DNA from: a virus
Taxonomy: Duplodnaviria > Caudoviricetes
Length of the DNA: 25,440 nt
Virus record (IMG/VR): IMGVR_UViG_3300025327_000654
Span: 1-25,440 of that record
Direction: 5' to 3' (one strand)
Below are positions 8,282 through 16,463 of this stretch, in pieces. The notes under the pieces were generated by a model, which ran no database searches, was not told where the DNA came from, and was given only the letters and a program-made list of their open reading frames with translations. The translations under genes and the position numbers were made by a program. Position 1 is the first letter of the stretch. Each line of letters opens with the position of its first letter.

Positions 8282-9193
8282 ATGGCTAATCGTGCATTAT
8301 TTGGAGACATTTTGGAACCCGGTTTCAGGGAGATCTTTGATGACAGGTTCAAGGAAATCCCCATGAAGCTGGAAACCCTGCTTCACGTCAACGAAAGCGA
8401 CAAGCAGGATGAAAAAGATTCGGCCTTGTCCGGCTTCGGCTACCTGGATGAAACGAGTGAACAGGATAATATCAGGTATGAAGATCCGGTTCAGATGTAT
8501 GACATAACTTATACCCACAAGAAATTCACCAAGGGTTTCAAGATTTCTGAAGAGCTATATGAGGATGCCCTCTACAACAAGATGAATAAGAAACCGGCGG
8601 CTCTGGGTAGGGCTGCACGCAGGACGGCTGAATTCCATGCCGCCAAGGTCTTCAACAACGCTTTTGATACCACAGACCAGGGTGGAGACGCCAAACCCCT
8701 CTGCTCAATCAGCCATCCCCGTGCTGACGGTGGAACGGCTCAATCCAATGCCTCCTCGACTGGCTTGATTCTAAGTGAACCCAATTTGGAGACTGTTCGC
8801 TTGGCCGGTATCAAACTCTTGGACGACAAGGGGATGAAGATCGACATTGAGTTCGACACCTTGTTGGTTCCGGTTGATCTTGACAAGAAAGCCCACGAAT
8901 TGATTGATTCCGGCATGAGGGCGGGTACAGCCGACAACGACATGAACTACTACAAGGGGGCGTTCAGGATAATCAACTGGATATATCTGACTTCCACGAC
9001 AGCGTGGTGGCTGATTGATTCCAAGCTCCATGAACTCAACTGGTACTGGAGAGTCCGGGCTGAATTCAAACAGGATGACCAGTTTGAGAGTGGCAGCGCA
9101 TTGTTCAAATGCCGTGAGAGATTCTCTAAAGGGTTCTCCGACTGGAGGGGCGTACACGGTAGCAAGGGTGACGGAGCCGCATACGCTTCATAA
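8282..9193 (+). CDS. Major capsid protein (HK97 fold, Mu gpT-like family)
   Basis: 303 aa; LEPG near the N-terminus, GFKISEELYEDALY, GGDAKPLCSISHP, LLVPVDL, YLTSTTAWWL and RERFSKGFSDWRG motifs typical of this family. Confidence 0.9.
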   Translation: MANRALFGDILEPGFREIFDDRFKEIPMKLETLLHVNESDKQDEKDSALSGFGYLDETSEQDNIRYEDPVQMYDITYTHKKFTKGFKISEELYEDALYNKMNKKPAALGRAARRTAEFHAAKVFNNAFDTTDQGGDAKPLCSISHPRADGGTAQSNASSTGLILSEPNLETVRLAGIKLLDDKGMKIDIEFDTLLVPVDLDKKAHELIDSGMRAGTADNDMNYYKGAFRIINWIYLTSTTAWWLIDSKLHELNWYWRVRAEFKQDDQFESGSALFKCRERFSKGFSDWRGVHGSKGDGAAYAS

Positions 9194-9198
9194 TTCAC

Positions 9199-9234
9199 AG
9201 GGAAGTTGACCCGCCTCTGTAGATCAACTTTCCT
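9199..9234 (+). promoter_or_regulatory. Stem-loop after capsid gene (possible attenuator or processing site)
   Basis: AGGGAAGTTGA (9199-9209) pairs with TCAACTTTCCT (9224-9234): 11 bp with one G-U pair and a 14-nt loop; no long U tract. Confidence 0.5.
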
Positions 9235-9257
9235 TAACCGTTCCACATTTGAGGCAT

Positions 9258-9680
9258 ATGTCTACAACTTTCGGATCAATCGCAGGACGACTTCCAACAG
9301 GAACCGTTAACCCGACTACTCCGGCCACGGGAGACGAATATTACAACACAACTTACAATCGCTGGATGCGGTACGATGGAGCTAAGTGGTCTGGGTTGGG
9401 ATTGACAACCTCTACTTCTACTTCAACTTCGACCTCTACTTCAACCAGCACCTCAACTTCAACGTCTACTACCACAACTTCCACTTCAACTTCTCAATCG
9501 ACCTCGACTTCGACGACTATCAGCACTTCTACTTCTCAAAGCACCAGCACCTCGATTTCGACTTCTACCTCGACAACCACAACCAGTACGTCTACATCAA
9601 CAACGACAACCAGCACATCTACTACCACGTCCACAACGACCAGTACGTCTACGTCTACATCGACATCGACGACTGTATAA
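9258..9680 (+). CDS. Mucin-like Ser/Thr-tail protein 1 (putative capsid fibre)
   Basis: ATG 9258 with GAGG upstream; 49-aa head (GRLP..P..GDEYYN..W.RYDG..W) plus a 91-aa tail with only 5 non-S/T residues. Confidence 0.85.
   Translation: MSTTFGSIAGRLPTGTVNPTTPATGDEYYNTTYNRWMRYDGAKWSGLGLTTSTSTSTSTSTSTSTSTSTSTTTTSTSTSQSTSTSTTISTSTSQSTSTSISTSTSTTTTSTSTSTTTTSTSTTTSTTTSTSTSTSTSTTV
9405..9677 (+). repeat. Degenerate (ST)n coding repeat
   Basis: ACN-TCN/AGY hexamer periodicity with varied synonymous codons. Confidence 0.9.
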
Positions 9681-9686
9681 TAAATT

Positions 9687-9962
9687 ATGGCAACAGGAAC
9701 ACATATCACCGATTTACAAGGGAGGCTCCCGGTAGCCACGACGGCTCCGTCTGACCCGATTTCGGGTGACGAATATTGGGATTCCGGCAAGAAAGCCTGG
9801 TTTCGTTACAGTGGCAATAATTGGCTGGGTTTCTGGTTTAGTTCAACGTCTACTTCGACTTCGACCAGTACGTCGACTTCAACCTCGACCTCTATTACGA
9901 CAACGAGTACTTCCACCTCGACATCTACCTCTATTTCTACGTCTACCACAACCAGTGGATAA
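9687..9962 (+). CDS. Mucin-like Ser/Thr-tail protein 2
   Basis: 51-aa head (THI..GRLP..PSDP..GDEYWD..WFRYSG..W) plus a 40-aa tail with 3 non-S/T residues. Confidence 0.85.
   Translation: MATGTHITDLQGRLPVATTAPSDPISGDEYWDSGKKAWFRYSGNNWLGFWFSSTSTSTSTSTSTSTSTSITTTSTSTSTSTSISTSTTTSG
9840..9959 (+). repeat. Degenerate (ST)n coding repeat
   Basis: S/T codon run with varied synonymous codons. Confidence 0.9.
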
Positions 9963-9964
9963 AT

Positions 9965-10255
9965 ATGGCACCTGATACACATTTTTCAGCAGTTGAGTCA
10001 AAGAGACTTGTGACGTTTAACGTCCAGCCTACCCAACCCCAGGATGGGCAGTATTACTATGACAATAAAAATGGTGCTCTCTGGGTTTACGACGCAAGGA
10101 CTACCCAGTGGTATTTTGCTCCCCTGTCTACAACAACTAGCACTTCAACCTCCACCACGACCACATCTACGTCCACGACGACAACCAGTACCTCGACTTC
10201 GACTTCAACCTCTACGTCGACATCTACTTCTACTTCTACTACCACAACCTTATAA
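9965..10255 (+). CDS. Mucin-like Ser/Thr-tail protein 3
   Basis: 54-aa head (THFS..KRL..PTQP..GQYYYD..LWVYD..W) plus a 42-aa tail that is all S/T except the last residue. Confidence 0.85.
   Translation: MAPDTHFSAVESKRLVTFNVQPTQPQDGQYYYDNKNGALWVYDARTTQWYFAPLSTTTSTSTSTTTTSTSTTTTSTSTSTSTSTSTSTSTSTTTTL
10127..10252 (+). repeat. Degenerate (ST)n coding repeat
   Basis: S/T codon run with varied synonymous codons. Confidence 0.9.
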
Positions 10256-10257
10256 AT

Positions 10258-10593
10258 ATGTTAGTAAAACACACATATTCACTAGCGGGAGTCTGGAAAC
10301 CGACAGACACGGAGAAGGAAAAAAAAATTTCAGGTTCCAATGAGGTGACCTGTCTGAAACTATCTTCGGGGGGCGGGGCTGCGACGGTGGCAATATACGA
10401 TGCGACAGTTGCCGCAGAAGCGACTCCCAGCAATTTAAAGTGGTGGCTGGATTGCTCCACCACGGACAACGATATCAACGTGTTTGCCAGCCCCCTCTCT
10501 TTTACCAAGGGGGTATATGCGGTTTGCGAACAGGGGTGGGATTTTAACCCAGTGGTTTGCATTTCAGTGATTGGTCGGGCAAATCCAGCTTAA
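10258..10593 (+). CDS. Small beta-rich putative virion protein (possible vertex/spike base)
   Basis: 111 aa, 2 nt after the previous stop; GGGAATVAIYDAT and PLSFTKGVY patterns resemble small jelly-roll head proteins (recollection, not searched). Confidence 0.6.
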   Translation: MLVKHTYSLAGVWKPTDTEKEKKISGSNEVTCLKLSSGGGAATVAIYDATVAAEATPSNLKWWLDCSTTDNDINVFASPLSFTKGVYAVCEQGWDFNPVVCISVIGRANPA

Positions 10594-10600
10594 CTGGTTC

Positions 10601-10628
10601 TTGCTTCTGGTTTTTTCTGGGGTATAAT
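10601..10628 (+). promoter_or_regulatory. Promoter for the glycosylation cluster (near-leaderless)
   Basis: TTGCTT (10601-10606), 16 bp, TATAAT (10623-10628); ATG 8 nt downstream; no SD. Confidence 0.6.
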
Positions 10629-10636
10629 GATTCATA

Positions 10637-11974
10637 ATGGGTGAGATCGTAAATCCTAAAAACTGCATAATTTTCACTTCGTTTTCTTCAGCAGACGAGG
10701 CCTACAGTCTCAATAGGGTTGTCATTGATCAGATTAAGATGTTCACCCGGAATGGGTACAAGATCAAAGTCATTGTGGCGGAGACGTTTGAACCAAAGGG
10801 TGAGTATCTGAATCCGAATGTAAAGATTGAAAGAATCCCCCAGGTTCCGGTTCACAATGAAGTGAAGAAGGATGAAAGTTTTGATCTGGATGTTCAGATG
10901 CTTCGAGACAAACTGTCGAAGATCCTAGAGGGGGCGGATGTAGTCTTGACTCACGACATTATCTATCAAAACTCTTGCTTGAAGCACAACATGGCTGCCC
11001 GGATGGTGGCGGAGAAGATGCCTAATATCCGCTGGCTGCACTGGATTCATTCTGCCACTTCCCCAGTCACGCTGGCGACCCTTCGTCCTTACTTTGAGGA
11101 CAAATACCTGGAAGTGATTGCTCAACCGTTTCCCAATTCCAGATATGTATTTTTTAACGATTACTCAATTCCCCGGATTGCGGAGAACTTTGGAGTATCC
11201 CAGGATCTGGTAAAAACGGTGCATCATCCTACCGACGTATATGAGTTTTTGGGGATTGGGGAAGAAGTAAAACAAGTTGCGGAGAAGTATAAATTCCTAG
11301 AAGCAGACGCTATCTGCATATATCCCGTAAGGCTAGACCGGGGGAAGCAGGTGGAGATGGTAATCAAGACCATGGCTGCCCTCAAGAGGCATGACATGTC
11401 TGTTCGGATCGTGGTAGTTGATTTTCACTCGACGGCGGGAGACAAAGTAACTTACCGGGACGACCTAAAGCAGTTGGGGATAGATAACAAGCTAGCTCAG
11501 GGAGAGTTGATCTTTACTTCGGAAGAAAAACCGGCGTGGAATTATGAAATACCCCACATTCAAGTCAGAGACTTTCAGATGCTTGCCAACGTCTTCATTA
11601 TGCCGTCCAGGTCTGAATCATACTCCCTGGTAACACAGGAGGCTGGAATGTTGAGGCAGGTGGTGGTAGTCAACTTTGATTTCCCCCCATTCAGAGACAT
11701 CTTTGGCCCGAACACGATCAACCGCAAGTTTAGTTCCAATATAGACATTATGAATGGTATGGATGGGGTAACTAATACGAATTACGGGCCGGGGGATGCT
11801 GCTCCTGAACAGAGAGCGGCTTACGAGAAAAAATACCATTATGAAACAGCGGGGATGATTAAATCCAAGTTACTTGATGGTGGCCCGATGCAGTTGTCCC
11901 AATTCCTGCGTAAGAACAGGAATTTGAACAAGGTCTTTAAGTCGGCGTTAGAGCCACTTTTGTTTGAGACATGA
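10637..11974 (+). CDS. Glycosyltransferase, GT-B fold (GT4-like)
   Basis: PVRLDRGKQVE donor-binding segment and FIMPSRSESYSLVTQEA (E-x7-E motif). Confidence 0.9.
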   Translation: MGEIVNPKNCIIFTSFSSADEAYSLNRVVIDQIKMFTRNGYKIKVIVAETFEPKGEYLNPNVKIERIPQVPVHNEVKKDESFDLDVQMLRDKLSKILEGADVVLTHDIIYQNSCLKHNMAARMVAEKMPNIRWLHWIHSATSPVTLATLRPYFEDKYLEVIAQPFPNSRYVFFNDYSIPRIAENFGVSQDLVKTVHHPTDVYEFLGIGEEVKQVAEKYKFLEADAICIYPVRLDRGKQVEMVIKTMAALKRHDMSVRIVVVDFHSTAGDKVTYRDDLKQLGIDNKLAQGELIFTSEEKPAWNYEIPHIQVRDFQMLANVFIMPSRSESYSLVTQEAGMLRQVVVVNFDFPPFRDIFGPNTINRKFSSNIDIMNGMDGVTNTNYGPGDAAPEQRAAYEKKYHYETAGMIKSKLLDGGPMQLSQFLRKNRNLNKVFKSALEPLLFET

Positions 11975-11975
11975 C

Positions 11976-12749
11976 ATGGAGTCTGCCTGTATTTTCGGAT
12001 ACGGAGTTGTTGGAAAGGCTACCGGCCTCTCCCTTGGAATCACTCGATACTTTGACCTCCAAGGGAGCAATATTACTCTCGAAGATGCAGCGAAATGCCG
12101 ATACATTTTTATATGTTTACCAACTCCTACTGGAGCAGACGGCAAGCAAGACACCGGATACATCGAAGACTACGTTAGAAAAATCTCGTCTTTTGGCGGA
12201 ACTCAAACATTTGTCATCCGATCTACGGTCTTGCCAGGTACAGTTCGCAGAATTGTGGGGAGAACTGGCGTCCAGAGTATCGTATCCAACCCCGAATTCC
12301 TCACTGAATCAACTTGGGAACAAGATGCTAGAAGACCAACTCTTGTTGTCGTTGGGTCCGATTCTGGTGAGGCAAGGGATGGAGTCGCCGGTCTCTACGA
12401 AAGTCGTTGGAAAGGTATCGCCATCTACAAAACAGACTCAGTTACAGCGGAAACGATTAAATACGGCCTCAACTCGTTCTTTGCCACGAAAGTCGTCTTC
12501 GCTAACAGCATCTTCGATCTTTGCCAAAGAGAGAAAGCTAATTACGAGACCGTCAAAAAGGTTCTGGAATCTCATCCGTGGGGCAGTAAAAACCATTTTA
12601 CGATCTGGCATCAAGGCGGAAGGGGGGCAGGCGGAAAGTGCCTGAAGAAAGACGTGCAAGCATTTGCCTACTTCTCCGACAACCCGTTTTTCAGATTGGT
12701 GGACGCCTTGAACCAGGAGTTACTTACAAAATATCCTAAAGAAAAATGA
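11976..12749 (+). CDS. ugd: UDP-glucose/GDP-mannose dehydrogenase family protein lacking the C-terminal domain
   Basis: GYGVVG, CLPTP, RSTVLPGT, NPEFL, catalytic K in ETIKY and catalytic C in GGKCLKKD; ATG 11976 preferred. Confidence 0.9.
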   Translation: MESACIFGYGVVGKATGLSLGITRYFDLQGSNITLEDAAKCRYIFICLPTPTGADGKQDTGYIEDYVRKISSFGGTQTFVIRSTVLPGTVRRIVGRTGVQSIVSNPEFLTESTWEQDARRPTLVVVGSDSGEARDGVAGLYESRWKGIAIYKTDSVTAETIKYGLNSFFATKVVFANSIFDLCQREKANYETVKKVLESHPWGSKNHFTIWHQGGRGAGGKCLKKDVQAFAYFSDNPFFRLVDALNQELLTKYPKEK

Positions 12750-12961
12750 CAGCCAATTATACTGATGAGGAAGTAGTTAGGGCGTTGAATTTATATAAGA
12801 GTGGCTTAACGGCAAGAGAGGTATACAAAGAACTTGGGGAAAAATCATCTATTCGTTCTTTTTCTCGTCTCATCAGTAGGTGGATGAGAATGGCGGGTGT
12901 TTCCCATAAATACAACTTTCATCGCTGGGACAAGATATCTAAGGAGGTAAAAAATGAATGA
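12746..12961 (+). CDS. Small helix-turn-helix protein
   Basis: YTDEEVVRALNLYKSGLTAREVYKELG...ISRW pattern; ATGA overlap with the upstream gene. Confidence 0.7.
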   Translation: MTANYTDEEVVRALNLYKSGLTAREVYKELGEKSSIRSFSRLISRWMRMAGVSHKYNFHRWDKISKEVKNE

Positions 12962-14066
12962 TAATTGGGAGTGGAATACAAACGAGCCGACACCTAATCC
13001 CCCCATGCCACCAGGAGCGGAAACGGGAGCAAACATCCATGACCCGGAACTGGTGTCCATAATCATCCCGGTCTACAATCGAGGCTACGATGTCTTCCAC
13101 TATACCGGCAACTGTATCGGATCGGTGCGGGAACACACCGACAATCTGGTGACTCCTTACGAATTGATCGTGGTTGATAACGGATCTCCGATTAAGATGA
13201 AGAACCTATCTGACTGGAAAGCGGACAAGGTTGTCACTAACCAGGAAAACAAGGGCGTGGCGTATGCTTGGAACCAAGGAATTAGAGTGGCTAGGGGTGG
13301 TTACATTTGTCTTCTAAATAACGACACGATGGTCTTTGACCACTGGCTGGAAGACCTGAAAAAGTTTGTTGACGGTGGGATTCTGGATTTTGTGATGTCC
13401 CATCCCATGTATGGCGATGCCTACGCCAGGGCAACCGACTCGACCTTGAAACGAGCCAAATGGCTAGATAAGTCATTGCACGATTCTGTATCCGACTTTC
13501 GGGATTTTGCCTGTGTACTGGCAAAAAAGGATCTTTACGATGAAGTGGGGCTTTTTGATGAACAATTTACCCTTGGATACGGCGAAGACCTGGACTTTTT
13601 GAAGCGGATGGACAAAGCCGGTAAAACGTACGGATCTACCGAGTTAGTGCCGATATTCCACATTATCGGAGCTACCAGTCACGGTATGCCGGAGATACCA
13701 GAGTTGATGAACAAAAACAGGGAGTTGCTGAAGAGTAAATGGGAAAACACAGACCCGAAAATGGTCATAAAAGAGAAAGTCTGGGATATCAAGGAAGAGA
13801 AAAAAGAAGAAGTTTGGGGTGAAGATGTTCAACCTGCTTCTGGGCCAGCGGAAGACTCCCCCCTGGTTCGCTGTGCTTCCACCGGCGACAAGGTTTTCTT
13901 CCTGAAAGAGAGCCAAGCTAGTTGGGTGACCAACCCGGAAGTGTTGGAAGCCCTGGGATATGGTTGGGGAGATATTAGGACAGTTAGCCAGGAAGAATTT
14001 TACAAACTTCAGTACGGGCCACAAATTACGATGGAGAACGTGAAGGAGTATGCAAAAAAAGACTAA
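12954..14066 (+). CDS. Glycosyltransferase family 2 with an extra C-terminal domain
   Basis: VSIIIPVYN, VVDNGS, AWNQG, LNND, GLFDE and GEDLD motifs; SD AAGGAGG. Confidence 0.92.
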   Translation: MNDNWEWNTNEPTPNPPMPPGAETGANIHDPELVSIIIPVYNRGYDVFHYTGNCIGSVREHTDNLVTPYELIVVDNGSPIKMKNLSDWKADKVVTNQENKGVAYAWNQGIRVARGGYICLLNNDTMVFDHWLEDLKKFVDGGILDFVMSHPMYGDAYARATDSTLKRAKWLDKSLHDSVSDFRDFACVLAKKDLYDEVGLFDEQFTLGYGEDLDFLKRMDKAGKTYGSTELVPIFHIIGATSHGMPEIPELMNKNRELLKSKWENTDPKMVIKEKVWDIKEEKKEEVWGEDVQPASGPAEDSPLVRCASTGDKVFFLKESQASWVTNPEVLEALGYGWGDIRTVSQEEFYKLQYGPQITMENVKEYAKKD

Positions 14067-14080
14067 ACGGGGGTATATTT

Positions 14081-14860
14081 ATGCCTAGATTCAGTATACT
14101 TACGCCTGTCCACCTCTGGAATGAAGAACGAAGGGATCAACTATTCCGGGCCATCGAGAGTGTCAAAAAACAGACATTTCAGGATTACGAACACATCATC
14201 GTAAACGACGGTTCTACTCTTGAAGTAGAAATTCCAAAAGATGAGAAGACGGTAGTTTTGAATCAGGTACATTTGGAGCGGGTGGTGGCCTACAATCTGG
14301 CCATGGAAAACGCCAAGGGAGAGTGGTTTGTCTGCCTGGATTCAGACGATGAATTAGACCCGCAATATTTAGAGAAGTTTAACGAGGCCATTGAGGCAAA
14401 TCCAGAATTCAAACTTTTCAATTGCGGGTCTAGATATGTTCACAAGAATGGCAGTATTTCTGTCCGGGGGCCATTTAGGCCGCCAGAAAGAGAGGTCGGA
14501 CATGAAGAATTTGGGGGAGCAAACATAGTTAACGGGACGTTTGTCTGGCATCGGTCTTTATATGACGAGATGGGTGGTTTTCCCCCAGCTAAGGTAGAGA
14601 ATGTAGACTGTACGGAAATTAATTACGGCGGTGTTAGGGATTTGTATATGACAAGTCCTTGGGACTTTTCCGCCATGGCCCAAATTGAGTTCCCAGAATT
14701 GAGGAAGCATTATTTCATTGACCGGGAAAACGAGCCAGACAAAGCTATAAAAGAATTGGGGAATCCCTGGGGCCAGGATCATTATTTGTTCTATAAGTAC
14801 ACTCGTAAATACCGCACTTTCCCGTTTGAAGACAACCTTTATATCGTACATCCCCGCTAA
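14081..14860 (+). CDS. Glycosyltransferase family 2
   Basis: FSILTPV, IIVNDGS and AKGEWFVCLDSDD (DxD). Confidence 0.9.
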   Translation: MPRFSILTPVHLWNEERRDQLFRAIESVKKQTFQDYEHIIVNDGSTLEVEIPKDEKTVVLNQVHLERVVAYNLAMENAKGEWFVCLDSDDELDPQYLEKFNEAIEANPEFKLFNCGSRYVHKNGSISVRGPFRPPEREVGHEEFGGANIVNGTFVWHRSLYDEMGGFPPAKVENVDCTEINYGGVRDLYMTSPWDFSAMAQIEFPELRKHYFIDRENEPDKAIKELGNPWGQDHYLFYKYTRKYRTFPFEDNLYIVHPR

Positions 14861-14874
14861 AACATGCAAGGCGT

Positions 14875-15642
14875 ATGATTCCTGAAACAATCGACATTTT
14901 TATAACCGCATATCTGCGCCCCCAGTTTACGGACAATACCATCCAATATCTGCGTGAAAGAACGAAGCACAAATACCGATTAGTCGTTATCCACTTCGGG
15001 GGAAATGAGCAAGTCTTGGAGAAACACGCCGACGTGATTGACTTAGTAATTGAACCCAGTCGGATAAACGGCAAGAAGACCGTAGTCAACCTTGGCATCC
15101 ATTCCGCCTGGAACCTAGCTTTGGCCAACGCCACTTCTAGGTATCTCATAACAACGGACAACGACATCTATGTCCCCGATCTAACGCCAGACTGGCTTAC
15201 CCAACTAGCGACCTTCCTTGACGAGAGGGAGGAGTACGGGGCGATCTCGCTTCACCCGCACGTGTTCATTGGTGCGGCTGGTCTGGATCACAAAGACGCT
15301 GGCTTGCCGGATGTGGTCGAGAGGAATATGTGCGGAGCCGTGATGCGGATTATGCGACTGGATGCCGTCATTAAGGCTGGGGGATGGGAACACAAGTTAG
15401 ATCCACGGAGAAATCACGAGGAGAGGACAATTTGCTCTAGGTTGCAGACGATTGGGTACAAGGTCGGTATAACACCCCGAATCAGGGCATACCACCCCTT
15501 TGGAAAAACAACCGGGGGGAACTGGGGATACGCAAAGTGGTTCACTCCCCAGTTGCAAGGTCACACTCCAGAGTTAGAACAATATGTACAACAGTTCGAC
15601 AACCAAGACGCTTATGATTCAAAAAATTGGATGCCGAAATGA
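14875..15642 (+). CDS. Glycosyltransferase family 2-like (GT-A)
   Basis: IDIFITAYLR, AWNLAL, TTDND (DxD) and EERTICSRL. Confidence 0.85.
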   Translation: MIPETIDIFITAYLRPQFTDNTIQYLRERTKHKYRLVVIHFGGNEQVLEKHADVIDLVIEPSRINGKKTVVNLGIHSAWNLALANATSRYLITTDNDIYVPDLTPDWLTQLATFLDEREEYGAISLHPHVFIGAAGLDHKDAGLPDVVERNMCGAVMRIMRLDAVIKAGGWEHKLDPRRNHEERTICSRLQTIGYKVGITPRIRAYHPFGKTTGGNWGYAKWFTPQLQGHTPELEQYVQQFDNQDAYDSKNWMPK

Positions 15643-16463
15643 TTCAACAATCTGACTTATCAATAATTATACCCGTCTGGGGTAAAAACCCGGAAGAGAG
15701 ATATGCCCTGAAAGAGAGTTTGACCTCTTTAGTGGAAACCTGTGAATGTCCGATTGTGGTGGCTCTGAACGGCGGTTTGACGTTGCCAGACGAGATTGAC
15801 AAGCACGGGGGACAAGTAACTACTGTGGAGATTGATGGCCAAGGACAATGTAAGGCAGTAAACGCCGGTGTGAGATTCACCGACACGCCTTGGATAATGG
15901 TTACGAATGACGACATGATATACCCGCCGGGATGGTTTGAGAAATTAACGGAATCGGAATCAATGTGTATCTCTCCCCGATTGGTCGAGCCCAGACAGGG
16001 AGCCCCGACATTTGGCGTATGTTTCTGTGGTGGAGCAGGCGGAGACTTTGACAAAAAGAAGTGGTTGGACTGCGCAAAAGAATACAAGGGGTTTGGGACA
16101 TCAAAGGGGTTCAATCTGCCGTTTTTAATGAAGAGGGAGCTCTGGGACACCATCAAAGGATATGACGAGAACTACGATCCCTTTGGATCAAATGGGGATT
16201 CAGATTTGGAGTACAAAATAAGACTGGCTGGGGTTCAACCAATGCAGAATACCGATTGTGTTGTTTACCACTTCTCTCAAACAAGTGGAACATTTCATCC
16301 CGACAACCGTTCTTACTGGGATCACAACTGGCACTACTTCATTTCCAAGTGGGGGTTTGAGAGGGCAAGCTCTCCAGCTATCTGGACAGCAGACTTTGAA
16401 ATACCAATGGACAAACTTAAATACAGGCCGGAGTGGATGGGCAAATATGGATCTATACAATAA
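15639..16463 (+). CDS. Glycosyltransferase family 2
   Basis: LSIIIPV, AVNAG, TNDD, GYDENY, DSDL and VYHF; ATGA-coupled start at 15639. Confidence 0.9.
   Translation: MIQQSDLSIIIPVWGKNPEERYALKESLTSLVETCECPIVVALNGGLTLPDEIDKHGGQVTTVEIDGQGQCKAVNAGVRFTDTPWIMVTNDDMIYPPGWFEKLTESESMCISPRLVEPRQGAPTFGVCFCGGAGGDFDKKKWLDCAKEYKGFGTSKGFNLPFLMKRELWDTIKGYDENYDPFGSNGDSDLEYKIRLAGVQPMQNTDCVVYHFSQTSGTFHPDNRSYWDHNWHYFISKWGFERASSPAIWTADFEIPMDKLKYRPEWMGKYGSIQ

Noticed and set aside
9386-9790. Alternate-frame ORFs 9386-9754 (F/Y/N/H-rich) and 9536-9790 (V/D-rich, minus strand)
   Set aside because: These are shadows of the ACN/TCN codon repeat.
9405-10252. Repetitive DNA as a CRISPR array or microsatellite
   Set aside because: No identical repeats with unique spacers; the periodicity is explained by Ser/Thr codons in three in-frame genes.
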